Notes: generated by a model not told the origin, from the sequence alone. 64,000 bases of DNA from Klebsormidium nitens (GCA_000708835.1 DF237355.1:1-64000), one strand, 5' to 3'; counted from the first letter of the stretch, positions 12,091 to 25,011 are shown. Numbers and translations are program-made.

Positions 12091-13862
12091 TGCAAAGGCT
12101 GGGAGTGGGGGAGGGTTCAAGGGATTTAGCAAGGGTAGCCAAGGGAAGAGGGACGGCATGATCAGGCGTGATATCAGCCAATCTTGCAATCGTTGCTAAT
12201 CTAACCCTCCCCTTTGCTGGATCAGGGTGAAAAACTGAATTGATCTTAGTGCTCACAGCAAAGTATGTCCCTCAAGAATGATACTAGGCTGCTGCGGCTC
12301 AGTGTGCTTGAAGTCACCGTCCGATCAAGTTTTAGTAGGTTTAGTAAGAATTGCTGGAGTGGTGCGGTTTCTCAAGTGCTCAGAAAGGAAAACTCCAATA
12401 CAACTTTGGCCACAAAAATTCTGTAAGCAGGCGTCTTTGATCTAGCAAGCAGCGCGGTTGGAGCTAGGCTTCAGGTGCATGCAGCGACACCCCACCACAC
12501 TGAAAATCTCGCTTCTTCCAAAAGCAAGGAACCTGCCCTGCTGTGCATGCTCCCTTTGCTCATCAAGAGCCCCCTACAAAAGGAAGACTCACTGCACCAC
12601 ACCCATCTAACCAGACTGCACCACCACCCTTCTTCAGAAAGATTTGCTAGCAAAATAAACTTATAAAGTCCTCCACAGCTGATCCAGGCCGCTAGCTCTT
12701 CTCTGAAAAGGGTAACGTGCTTGGGCTTGGCCAGAGCAGAATCGGTGCCTTTCGAGCCCCCCTTCCAAGCGCCGCTTATGGGACTTACTCTTATGGGGAC
12801 GGATCGCACCTAAGAAAGGATGTCAGCGGCCGACACGACGCCACGTGTATTCCACCCGCGACAATACTTTAGCCTGAGGCTCGCAGGATGCGCGCGCGCG
12901 CTCTGCGCGTGCGCAAAATTTTGTTGCGCAAGCCCGGCCGCCAGAGGCCCGTTGACAGTGGAATTGCCTCCCTGCATGAAGCCCTCACATCGGTGAACTC
13001 GAGTAGGACTATTCCAATGCTCATCAGAGAGCTATTTGCGCTGCTCGATTTGCTGATGTGGGGCCCCAGATGCCGCGTTAAGGCTTTGTGGTCAACGCGG
13101 GACCCCAGATTTATCTATCCAAAGATACAAAGCAAACACGTCGAGGGCACGTCGAGGCAAATGGCGGCGTCATTCCCTTCGTCTCATCGTCATCGTTGCC
13201 TAGCTGGCTAAGACCTTGAACTTCGAGATATGCGTTCAGTTCCGAAGCAGCTAGCCTTTAAATTGTGGGACTGTTTTGTGAGACTCAGGTACTCTTTATT
13301 TCGTTCTTGCAACAGCGCCAGTGCGTCTCACAATATAAGAATGATGTCGCCATCCGTGCTGCTTGATCAATCATCAGATCTGACGGCCTTCCAAGAGCGA
13401 GAGCCTGGCCGCTCTGACTACCTTCACGTCAACGGCAAATGACGACATTATCCTGACCAGCTGCGACGGACAGTAGCTGCAGCCTGCAACAAGCTCCTCG
13501 CAAGTACGTAGGTTCCAATCAAAAGATACGAATCAAAGACGGGTGCGTGCCGCTCGCGGCTCCGCTTCTGCGCCTGCCGCAATCAGTCGCTCACAAGTGC
13601 CGTTTCGGCTGAACGCGCTGCGCGTTCGATAAGCTGCACATTCGACGCCGAAGCCCCGCGCCCGAGATCTAGCGCAAGAGGAAGACCGGCCAGCAAAGAC
13701 TGCGTTGCGGCGTTTATCCTCATTCGAGGGCCTGTTCAGATCCCGCATTCCAATTGCAGAAGCGCAAACCGCAGAGGGAGACACGAAAGCTTCCTGCGTA
13801 GGCTTGATAGAAACAACGCATCGAAATAGTTGAGCTTTTCAGTGCGATCATCGGTCCTTGAG

Positions 13863-16800
13863 ATGGCACATCTCTCCCACTGCTCAAAGGCGCAGCTGGC
13901 GACCCGCTGCCTCTTCGCTGCAGTCCTGTTGGTCGCCCAGGTGCGTTCTTTGAATTTAAGCTTTTCAGTCGAACACTTCTCGGTTTGCAATTCGTTCTAC
14001 GAAGCTCGATCCAATCTTTCTTTGTAAGAAGCAGTCGCCAGTCTATTCCTTTTCAAAGGGTCCCATCGGATGCACTTCAAGCAGCGTGCACTTTCGCTTT
14101 CATTGTTCCGCACTTGAGTTTCTTCATATTGCCCTAATATGAAGGAGAGGGAATAAAAGAGGTCTCAACCAGGGTTTGGAGAAGGTCCATTGAGTCGTGA
14201 AGGGAGCAATGCGTGGCATGCACGGGCTTTGATATTGTCGAGTTGTTTTTGCGTTCTTGGCATGTGTTGCTTAGATGTGGTATGATTCTCCACTTTTCTC
14301 CCCGTCGTTAGCGTGAGAATTCGAACGGTGGTTTTTCATTGCCCACCAGCCATATGGATTCGATCATCACTCCGCCTCAGTTGACGCACGAGTCAGAGAC
14401 CGAGCAAGACATGCAGCTAGGCATCAATGAAAGGGCGATATACACAGTCCTGTTTCTCCATGAAAGTTCACAAACACACTCAGTACAGGCTCAAGCACGA
14501 CTGACTGTGTCTCGGTCCTTTGAGCGGCTCTCATTCGGTCGAATCTTTGCTCACTCAATTTCTGCATCGATACCAGATATTCAGCCCCGTGAAGCAAGCG
14601 CACAAACCATCCGACAAACGTTCGTGTCAGTCCACTGCCAGTCCACTGCCCTTACTCTTCCCATTTCGAAGCTGCTTCCCAATTGTCTTGCAGCACGTTT
14701 CTGCGGGAAGGACCCGGGGCCTCTCACGCGCGACGGCCCAGACTTCGAAAGCGGCCGCGGGTGCTGGCGCGGCCGCGAGCACGACGGCCGGGCGGACTGT
14801 GGTGAACGGTGTGGCACTGACGAGCCAGCAGATAGCGGTGCTCAAGTAAGGTGGAGGTCACCATTTTTTGAGCTCCGATTATTGTTTGAGATCATATGTC
14901 AAGTCGACTGGCCGTTTGGATAACGGCCCAGCCAAACCTGGTGGAAGTGCAGATTCGAGGAGCAGATGTTGTCCAAGGGAAACGCACGTTTATTCAGTTT
15001 AGAAAAGCACACAGTCCACCGGAAGTGGCGCGTCTAGTTCGAAAGTGAGGCGAAAGTGAAAGTGCAAAGTATTGATCCGCTTATTGTGATGCTTATTCTG
15101 ATGTACGTGCGTCGCGCAACGTCGATCCGACGGCATACAGTATCTGAGCCGTTCGACAGTGCCATTAGGGGGTCAAAAGGCCCATTTGTAGAATCGCCCA
15201 GATACGTTGCTATTGGAAGGACAGCATTTTTGACTAGGTTATCTGTATTTTTGTACACCTCTCTGTAAGGACTGTGAGGAACCCCGGTCAAAGTGACGGC
15301 CATTCGAAGCATGGTAGGAAGATGATCAGTGCTTGCGCTTTCCTTATGCTCTTATGCCTCCGGCTTTTGGCAATATAACAAAATGTGCTGTGTGCTTGGT
15401 TAGCCTGTGCGTTTCTGTTTCAACAGCTGTGGCAAGATCCATAAGGTCACGCAATTTCATCGCGTATACACCCCACACCATTTGCTCGTAGAAACGCGGG
15501 CATTAACGTCCAACCGGGCAACTTCTGGTACGATTCTCTGAGCGGCGCTTACGGCAGCGTCGGGGGACCAACCCGGGGACTTCTCCAACCGGGACTGCCT
15601 TTTGGTGAGGTTAAGGTTTGATGCATTTCGCCAATTACACGTCATCTGGCCACACAAATAGCTTCCGAGAACGTTTTTATCTTTGCATTCCAGAAAAAAG
15701 TCACATTTTCGAAGCTCGCTTCTCAAACTCCTTGCAAAGCACCCAGCTTTGCTGAAACCATGGCGCCAATTGAGCTCCGCTTTTGGATTCCCAATCAGAT
15801 TCCCTCAGGAGACGCAAATTCAGGCACTTCGTCCTCTCAAATTGGTCTCTGAAGCGCTCCAAAGAGTCGGTAAAGCGACGCACATGTCGCCAAACTTGTC
15901 ACCAGGAAAGAATGAGCGAAAGAATGAAAGAATGAACTTATCAACGGATCGCCCTGGCCCGGAATGGACGGCTGGGATAGCGCACGAGGATTTTCGGTGG
16001 AAGAGTAGCGGATCTGAAGGAATGTAGCCGGGTTACGACACACTGCTTGGATATTTTGATATCAATCGTGCAGCTTTTCTGTTGGTGCTTCATTTGGTAG
16101 ACCCTAGCTCACCGATCCGGATACCACCTTTGCCTACCCGGGCGCTTTTCCAACCGGGACTGCCTTTTGGTGAAGAACTTCACGATTTTTCATAACCGTA
16201 TTCCCTCAGGATGGAAAGCGAAGTGAGGGGTTTCAGTCACAGGTGTAGTCGCGAGGTCGTAGTGTACTCCTTGCAACTCCAGACCAGAACCGCCTTCTGA
16301 CGTCACTGTTTGCTTTCTGGCAGCAAATCGCAATCCTGAACGGCGGATGCCTTGTGACGTCAGCAGTTGTCCAACTCGCATATGACGTGAATGCATCGTT
16401 GCGAGAAGCGGCAGCCGAACACTCTGTACTCAAGTCCATACTAAAAGCAGATCAACCAACATTACTCAACCTTACGAAGAGACTGACATTACATTTCTTC
16501 GATTCTGCAGGCGGAACTCTCTCCGCCGACGCTTCCAACGGCAACACCGGCGTCTTCGTCAACGGTCGGCAGCTTCCCTCGGTGGATCTTACCGCCCTCG
16601 AGGCGGCGGGATTCCCGGGCACTATCGGCTACTGGTGGATGGATTCCCTGGGCCGGTACGGTACCGCGGATAGTACCGTTGTGCTGGGACAGCTGTCGGC
16701 CCCAGGGAACAGAACCGGGGCAAGTACGACAACCAGCGGGACAGGTAAGAATGACGATCAACTGGGGAATTGTCAGATTGGAAAGCTCTTTATTAACTGA

Positions 16801-17478
16801 AGATTCCGACTGTCATGGTTTGGAAGAGACTGTTTGTGTTTCGAGATCGAAAAGGGACAGCTGTCGGCCCCGGAAGAAGAGACCGGGGCAAATACGACCA
16901 CAAGCAGGACATGTAAGAATATTAAAGATTGACGAACCAAGTACAAATTAAAACTGTGGAGACGGGATTGGAAAGCTCTTATCTGGCTGTCATGGCCCGT
17001 TTGCAAGAGACTGTATATGATTTGGGATTGAATAGGTAGACGAACTGCGACGACGTATGGGAGAAGGCCTCCGGGAATCCCATGTACATCTGCTGTCCAC
17101 CGTTTTGATCCCTTTTTGAGGCACACGCAAAGAGTGCAAGCTGTCTCAAACCGATGAAGAATTTCAGTGGCACCACTAATGTTTGCCCAATCCATCCTCG
17201 GCAAATAGGAAACTAGAAGCTTCGTGATCAAGGCGTGATAGCATGTCAATTTCTTCCCTAGTTCAACACCGCCGGAAGACCACGTAAGGGGGGCCCGCCC
17301 TGTCCAAGGAATTAAGGTTAGACTAATGATGAAGTGTTTGTCTTTGCGCTCAGGGACGGACACGAGTCCTTATGGCGGCTACAACTGGGGCTCCGACGTC
17401 TCGGGTGCGTATGGCGGGGGGGATACCCAGGGGGATTGGTACGTCTCGGTGGATGGTACCGATATTACCAACTTCTGA
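13863..17478 (+). CDS. secreted 233-aa protein with XLG/EDR4-like (VNG..W.D..G) repeat domain
   Basis: Exons 13863-13940, 14694-14845, 15492-15604, 16511-16744 and 17354-17478 join in frame with GT-AG sites (702 nt). N-terminal hydrophobic signal CLFAAVLLVAQHVSA. Core: VVNGVALT..QPGNFWYDSLSGAYG..GGTLSADASNGNTGVFVNGRQL..GYWWMDSLGRYG. Confidence 0.8.
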
Positions 17479-18040
17479 AGACTTTCTACATAAGACCTAT
17501 ATTCGACGCGCCTATACGACGTAAGCAGATACCTTTGCAACAGGCAGTAGATGTGCGAACGGGATGGTACCGACATTACCCATTTTTTGAGAACCTTTAC
17601 GGATCTTTTTCGAAGCGCTTATGCAACGCGTGAAACGAAGGTAAGTAGACGATCAAGCGAGACGTGGTGTATGCGCGATTGGAATGGTACCGACATTACC
17701 AACTGCTGAAAACCCTCTACATAAGACCGGTTTCAACGCGCCTATAAGACGTAGATGGAAGTCGAGTAGCCCTTTTGCGATAGGCAGTCGATGTGAAACC
17801 GGGATACTACCCTTGCTACGAACTCCTAGAAGCCCTCTGTTGGGCATTTCTTTCAACGAGCTTACATGACTACAGATGAAGTAAGTTGGAAACATCTGCG
17901 ATAGGCAGTAGGTGTGCGAACGAATCACCGACTTCTTGAGGTCTTCTACTGGAGGGGAGACCCTCTGAGCCGTTATACGACGTGAAAGAAAGATAAGAGG
18001 ACGACCAGACGATAGGCGATACATGGGAAAACGGAACAGA
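17452..18040 (+). repeat. about five degenerate 110-120 bp tandem units starting in the last codons of the upstream gene
   Basis: GATGGTACCGA(T/C)ATTACC recurs at about 17452, 17562 and 17683, with weaker copies near 17802 and 17920. Each unit ends in a (A/T)AGGCAGT(A/C)G(A/G)TGTG-like motif. Confidence 0.8.
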
Positions 18041-19417
18041 TCAGGTTATGGCGGTCAGCAAACAATTTCTTTTGTCAATTCGGTCAAGCTCCGGCACTGA
18101 AATGCTCGACTTTGATTTCGCGAGCCTGTTCGAAGGTCACAGGCTTTCGTGATGGTATATAGTTGCGAAAGCAACGGTGATGTGGTCGGATAATGAGTCG
18201 CGGTGAGCTTGGCAATGAGGTCCTGAAAAAGACGGGCCCAAGAACTAGAGAATTTGGATGCCGGATATATTCCTTTCCCATGACGAGCACACGTCAGATA
18301 TTGAGCCTGACTTGCGCATCTGGCCATGAACCAAACGCATCCGCGATCCGCTCGGAGTTCGTTTCTGAGGACGATCCTGACAAAGATTGGATGGCAAGAC
18401 CTAGCTCTCTCAGAATCGTCTCTCAGGAGGCCCTTCGGCTTTTTGTGAGAGTCATCTTACGTATTCAAAACCTCGTCACAGGCACATGCTTGCATGCTGG
18501 CGCAGCCGTCTGCAAATCAGGTTGGGCACCTGAAATTCCTGGCTCGCGGCATACGCGGCACGTATTGCAAAGACGCTGCAACGAACTTTTGAAATTCACG
18601 TTGCATGGCATCTAGCTACCGTCCTCCTCGGATATGCACGGAGATATACGCCCTCAATTTCAACTGGGCCCTTTATAAGATACCGTCATCACCACGGCCA
18701 GATATTTAAGTGGAGGGATGAGTCCGACGCTTGTTGCAGAAGAACTGCCTACCATCGAACGATGGGCGGCCAGCTAGGTTACATCCATATGATCCCTAAG
18801 GACACATGCACATGCAGTAAAAGCTTATACAGGCTAGCCTATGGCTTAGCACGTATACTAGCATCCATGGCTTTAACAGCCAGTATAGGCCGGAAACGCG
18901 CAGATCAAATCCGGTACAGTGTCAGTAGGCTCAAGTCGATAGCTTCAGCGCAGCCTGCTTTTCGCGTGCCAGAGCCAAGTATAGTTTGCAATAAGTTAGG
19001 GCCGGGCGGCCGGCACGAGGACGGTCCAATCACGCGTCACGAAGTCAGTACAAGCATGAATGGACGGTTGAATGGTACCGCAATGACATCGGCTCGTTTG
19101 AGCGCGGTGGGTAAGAAAGTACTAAACGACCGCGTGTGCATGAGGGGCATGCACCGATCATTAGCAATACGAATGACTAGAGGGAGCGGCCACGGCCGCG
19201 GCAGAAACAATGCAAGTACCGTTGCTCAGCAAACACTACCGAGCTGAGCGGAAGCTTGAACACAACAAACGCAACAAAGTACGCAGTTCAGAGTTTACGG
19301 CCTGATGAGCTCTTCTCTTGTATCTTTCCATGTCAAGAGAGCGTCCAAGTACAATCCCCTCGCTTTCCGCCGCTTCGAGTCTCGTTCTGGTTACGGGTCA
19401 ACGTCCCTGACCTAACC

Positions 19418-22400
19418 TCAATCCGCCTTCTGCGGCCCACTATTTGAGTCCGGCAAGTCCTTCCGAAAGAACGGCCCCGGGGGCGGGCCCTTTTCCCGCA
19501 ACGCCCCGCTCGGGTTCCGCTCCGGTTCCGCTGCACTCAAGTTCCGCTCCGGTTCCGCCCTGGTTACGTTCGGCCGGGCTGCGTCCCTGACCCGCAAATC
19601 CAAGCGCACCGGCTCGTACTTTTCCGACATCGCCTCCGCAATTGGCACTTTGTGCCCGTTCACCTGAGGCTTAGCCAGCTGTCCATCCGTCCCCGCTGCC
19701 ACGTGGGCACCTTCATTCAGCGCCACGTGGCTCACTCCCTCCGTTTCGCTCTTCTCAACCACGTCCGGGTCGGCGCCTAAGCCGGTCGAGCCAACCGACG
19801 GTTCGCTGACGACCGGTTCTTCCTCCCGGGCAACTACCGTTGGTTTTCCAAGTGCATCAAACGCAATCCGGGTTTGTACCCTAGAGACCGTCGCCTGCTC
19901 GACCTTTTTCGCGGCCTCCTGGAGCACCCGCTGGGTCTCCGCGAGCGCGGCGAGGACGGCGGGGCTTTTGGGCATCGCGTGGAGGGCGGCCGCCGCGGCC
20001 TCGGCCTCCCTAAAGAGGGCCCTATACAGAAACAGTATGGAAAAGGTTGGTAACCCATTTTTCCTACATCTTTCCTTTTTCTCCTTTCTCGTTTCGCCGC
20101 AGGGAGGAAGGCGGGCGTGCCCCTACCCGTCGAGGTTCCCTTGTGAAAGCAAAGCGGTAGAGGGTTGAAAGCACGTTTACTGGCCACCCCCTTTCGAACA
20201 AATTGATAATCAGATGGAGTAAATACAGCTTATTCTTCTCGGATCAGAGGGTATAGAGGTTGCCGACGTAAAAGTCGATCTGACGGTAGATTGATGTCAA
20301 CCTATATTCCGAAACATCTCAAAGGACGGGTTTGGTGATCGTCACTGGCGGGACCCAAGGGCAGTGATGGAATTGTTGACGCAACTCGCTTCCGTTCCGG
20401 CCCAATTTCTCAACCCTGCTTGAGGATTCGGACCTTGGAAAGCTGACACCTCTGCTGATTTCCTTCACGGGGAATGGAGGCTGATAATAACATAAAACGT
20501 TGTCTGCCACTCTATGAAGCGGAGTAACGGGTTTGACGTATTGCGACGTCGTATCGCATTCTCGTATACCAAAATACCAAAGCAGCGCCCTAGAAGCAGC
20601 ACAAGCGTGACCTCTTTACAACAGACGACCTTCAGAAGCTAGCGATCCAAAAGCAAACAACTAGAAAGGGGAGACAGAGTTGCGTGATGCTTGCCTGGCT
20701 TCCTCGGCCAACTCCCGCCTTCGCGCCTCCAGGGCCTTCATATTGCCCAGTGTCTCCGTCCGCTTCAACTTCTGCAAAAGCGAAAGCGAAATCTGCGTCA
20801 GGAGTCTGGTAACTAAAGAGTGACTTAACAGCGGGGTGACTTAGGATAGGCACCGGGGAGACGGGTCGGGTTAGCATGGTGGTTAGGGTGGGTTCGGGTG
20901 CGGAGCGGGTGATTATTTGGGTTAGGTTTTTGTTTGTTTGGTCGGAAATTGTGTATTTTAAGTCACTCACCCGTTAAGTCACCCCGGAGTTACCAGTATC
21001 GCATCAGGTCGAGGATTCAGGGGCGAAATGTTTGGCAGCTTTTGTAGTCAAGGGTTAGGCGAGAAAGATGAAAATCCCTTGAGTTCGTGAAGGGTTCATG
21101 TTCATGCTAGCTCTTAAGCAAAGCAGGACTCGAGCTGCAATGTCACGTAGGCTCCTGAAGTGCACCATGCATCTATGCTATTTAGATCCAGCCTGGAAGC
21201 AGCAGCCCTTTTGACAAGGCCACTCATTAAACCCTGAAACATGGATCCCAGAATCAGACCCCTCTACTGAACTATATCATGTCAAAGCCCCAGCAAAACA
21301 TCAGCGCGCCTGTACCGCACCCAAGGTTGTTACCCCGTGCTCCGCTTCCGGACACTCCGATTTTCCGACCCTAGAAAAGATTTTCAATACTATCCTCAAT
21401 TCCTTCTTGAGATTGTGAACCCGAGCCTCGAACCCCCACCTTTTCCTGCCAGCGCGCCCGTATCGCATCCGAGATCCTTTGCCGGTGCTCCGCACTCCGG
21501 GGCCGTCTTTCCGTTACCATTTTCGCGCGCGGCTTTCTCGCTCGGACCCGATACGCTTTCCACCAGTTTTTGGATTCCCTCGCCGCGACCGCGTTTGCGT
21601 CCCGCCACATCGCCAGCACGTAATGTGACACCAGCCGTTGTGTTTTTCGCCGCTCTATTTGCTCCTTGAAGAGCCCTGGAGTGCGGGGCTGCCGGATGTG
21701 CCTGCAACAGGGACGCACGTCGTATGTTGCCTCTTTACCTCTGGTCGTCCTTGTCCTTCGTTCTGTCGGTAGCGATGGAGCAAAGCGTCGCTGAAGCGGG
21801 TCCTTTTGACAGGAAGCGAGGGTTCTTCGCGGGGGTGTTTAAAGACAACTATCCGTTGCCAAACGACGATGACGTGCAAACGTCTAGAAAAGGTCATGCA
21901 ATGTTTTCCACTTGGAAGAAGGGCGTTCCAAATAAATCGTCGACGGCGTGCTGCTCCGTCAATTGGAACAGTGGACTGCCGACAGATCCATTTTGCACAC
22001 AAACAGACTCTACGAGGTCCCAACTTTAGACATCTAGACGACCGTACTTGACAAACACACTAATTGCGCAGTGAGGTCTGCAGAGGAACTAAAGCGGGGT
22101 GGCACAGACGGACAAAAAAAAGCGAAGACATCTAAGCGGTCTGGCCAGTACTCTGCAAACTGGACCGTACTAGACTACGAAAAGGCAACAATCTCAGCGC
22201 GTTTAAAACAAACTTGAGGTAGAAATGGGCGCAGATCTTACCTGCGAGACACCCAGCCTTCCGCATGCTTCCGCTCGAGTCGCTGCAGCGTCTTGGGATC
22301 CTTCATCGCGGCCATCGTCCGCTCCCTAATGCGTTGTTTCGTTTCTGCACGGGAAACCCACAGCCGTCAGATCAGAGGACTCTGACCGGCTCCCGATCGT

Positions 22401-25011
22401 CCAATAAGGAACAACGATTGTCCTCGTTGTTTCTTTCCATACAGTTCACGACGCCAGCTCACGCTCCTTGAGCACTTCCCGTCACCTTCGAAGTGATGCT
22501 TGCCCGTATTGCCCCACACGCTTCCCCTCGTTTGCAAGCGCAAATTCGGATGCTTCGATCATGTACCCTTCTTCTTTTGCAGATCAAATGACTTAATCGG
22601 GCCCCACAAGTCTAAAACAGCCCTCGAAGACAGGCCCCTCACCTCCCCGAGTGATGCTAGCCCATTGTTCCACGCTCACTGCCCGTCATTCGCCAACCTA
22701 GTTCCAAAAGTTCAAACGACTTCTCACCGGCTCATGCAAGTTCAAGACCAAACGCGGGGAGACATTCCAGCCCTTAACGCAGTCCCCCTCACCTTCCGAA
22801 TGGTGCTCGCTCTTCTCCCACGCGCGCTTCCCCTCGTTCGCGAGTCAGGATTTCGCCTATTGACGTAAAATACCCCTCTCCACCGAATCAGGATTGAGGT
22901 GCCGAATGTCGGAGCTAACACCACGCCCCCTCACCTTCCGAGAGAACTTTGCCCTTGTTCCATGCGCGCTTCCCATCATTTGCAAGCCCAACCCCGGCTG
23001 GATCACATACTGGAAAGGTAGAAGCTACCGAACAACAATTCGTTTCTCTTCGTCTCATGCAGGTCAAAGTTCCAACCCGGAGACACAATCTCAACCCTTC
23101 TCAAGCACTTCCCCTCACCTTCCGAGTGATGTTTACCCTTGTTCCATGCGCGCTTCCCCTCGTTTGCGAGCGCAATCCTGGCCCGTCTCAACACTTCCCC
23201 CTCGTCGATTACCTCCCCATGGATCTCCGCCTTTAGCCGCACCCGCTGCAGCGCGGACTCGGGAACGTTCTCAACGTACCGCACACTCCGTTCCTTGAAC
23301 CGCGCGCGCACTGGTTTTGAATCAGAGTTGTCGTTCTCCTGCAAAGTAGGAGCTTCTGAATCATTGATGCCTTACATTCCTGAACCGCAGACGTCGTCCT
23401 GACAATGCGGGAGACTATTGCGCGGCATAAAACGAGCCTAGCGATTCCAAGGACTGCATGCAGCGTTCCTTGAACCGAACACGCGCTGGTTGGGAGTCGG
23501 GGTTGTCGTTTGACCCCTGCAATACGGAGCTTATGAATAAATCACTTTTCACAGGGCTTGAACCGCAGACGTTGTCATGACAATGCAAGGGACCGTTGGG
23601 CGGCAAGAATAAGAGAAGTGGCGATTTCCAAGGACTGTATGCTTCGTTCCTTGAACAGCACGTGCGCTGGTTTCGAGTCGGGGCTGTCGTTCGACCCCTG
23701 CTAATATGAAAAGCTGTTGAGGTTTTCTTTCTCTAGCCACGCCACGCCTAGAACAACGTATTCTGTCAAAAGCGGAGGGGAAATTTGGGCTTGCGAATGT
23801 GGAGGATGTGGAAAATCTGCAAGCACTGCACACTGCGTTCTCTGTACCGCACATGCGTCCGTTTCGAATCAGCACTGTCGTTTCTGGCCCGGCAATCATG
23901 ATGGTCATTGCGTAACTCCACGTCGATTACATTCACTACGGTCTTTGCAATGCACAAGTGTCTTCGAGCGGGTCTTCCCGTCTTCGTTTCTGACCTTTTA
24001 GATGGGTCCTAGCGGCAACATTACGTACCCTAAGAATAGAAGAACTCCTGCCCTCACGCAAGAGAGGTCAACCGGAATCCTCGTGCAATAAGGATTGCTC
24101 AATCAAATTTGCTAAATAAGCAGAAAGCGCTCGAAGATATGAAAGAAGCTCAGATGCTTGACGACAGGGGAGGAGAATATCAATCGACTGAAGGCAAGCG
24201 GAAAAATGGGCGCATTCCTCACCTCTGACGTTGATTCTTCATCCAAATGCCCGTTAAACTGGATCGCCTCGCCTGGCGCCTGCATAGTTGAAGGGGGAAA
24301 TCAATCACTGAAGGTAAGATTACATGAGCAGTGGAACAAGAACGCAGATACATGCGGAAAGCCGTGTTGCCCCAGAAAGAGTCGGCGCTTCCGAAGTTCC
24401 TGCCCTTCGAGTAGTGACAACTTATAAGCACCTATTAGTGGGGCCTTTGGAGGGCCAACCAATCATTCAAAAGACGCCAGGTGAAAAGTTGTTCAAAAGC
24501 GAATGGGGCTTGTGCTTGGAAAGGGAGTGGGTGTTGAATCTTTCGTAATGCCGCCCTTATTGACTGGGCTGTGTTTACGTGAGTCAACTAGCCGCGCAGG
24601 CCATACCATGGACAACTTGGAGTTCAGCCGCAGCACATTGGAATGACCGCCGAAGCGCACAGTCGTTCAAGGCCCGAGGTTCTTTCAGCCGTTTCGAGAG
24701 CACTTTGGACCGACACCTTTTTGAATCATTCAGATATGCAAGAGAAAAGAGTGCAGGAAAGTGGGGGGAAAGAGATCGACAGACCAGAAAAAAGAGTGAG
24801 TCACCAAGGCAGTACAAAAACAGGACGACGAGGGGATTGGGAGGGGGAACATATAGAAAGAAAGGAAATGGGGAATCAGATCAATGGAAGGGCAAAGCCG
24901 GAACTCACCATGCTCATTGCAGGCTGCAGTTCCTCTTCTTCGGCAGTCAGCCATGTCTGGCTCTCTGTTTCTAAGGTGTTGAGAGCCGTGGCACGCAAGG
25001 GCCCTCCGAAC
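19418..25011 (-). CDS. plant NUMOD3-motif protein (At1g53800-like); 5' end unresolved
   Basis: Spliced motifs: LRRARIALANEGKRAWNKGKHHSE|ETKQRIRERTMAAMKDPK, RPRSAEHRQRISDAIRARW and ARALFREAEAAAAAL..SPAVLAALAETQRVLQEA. These match my recollection of this plant family. Exon 23338-23119 is firm; exon 25011-24909 is phase-compatible but tentative. Confidence 0.75.
20806..20996. mobile_element. MITE-like 191-bp element in an intron of the NUMOD3 gene
   Basis: Ends CTGGTAACT..GTGACTTAA..GGGGTGACTTA and TAAGTCACTC..TTAAGTCACCCC..AGTTACCAG are imperfect inverted repeats around a G/T-rich core. No clear TSD. Confidence 0.5.
22478..23010 (-). repeat. four degenerate tandem copies of the exon 3' end plus splice donor
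   Basis: The real junction at 23111-23170 (CCCCTCACCTTCCGAGTGATG..CCATGCGCGCTTCCCCTCGTTTGC on +) recurs at about 22927, 22784, 22636 and 22478. Confidence 0.88.
23345..23900 (-). repeat. about three degenerate tandem copies of the splice acceptor plus exon 5' start
   Basis: GTTCCTTGAAC..CGCGC(A/T)GGTT..AGTCGGGG..TGTCGTT..CCTGC recurs at about 23465, 23646 and (weak) 23840, mirroring the real exon start 23290-23345. Confidence 0.8.

Noticed and set aside
17452-18040. CRISPR-like appearance of the GATGGTACCGA repeats
   Set aside because: The 'spacers' are homologous to each other, the units are degenerate, the context is eukaryotic and there are no cas genes. The same applies to 42721-43870.
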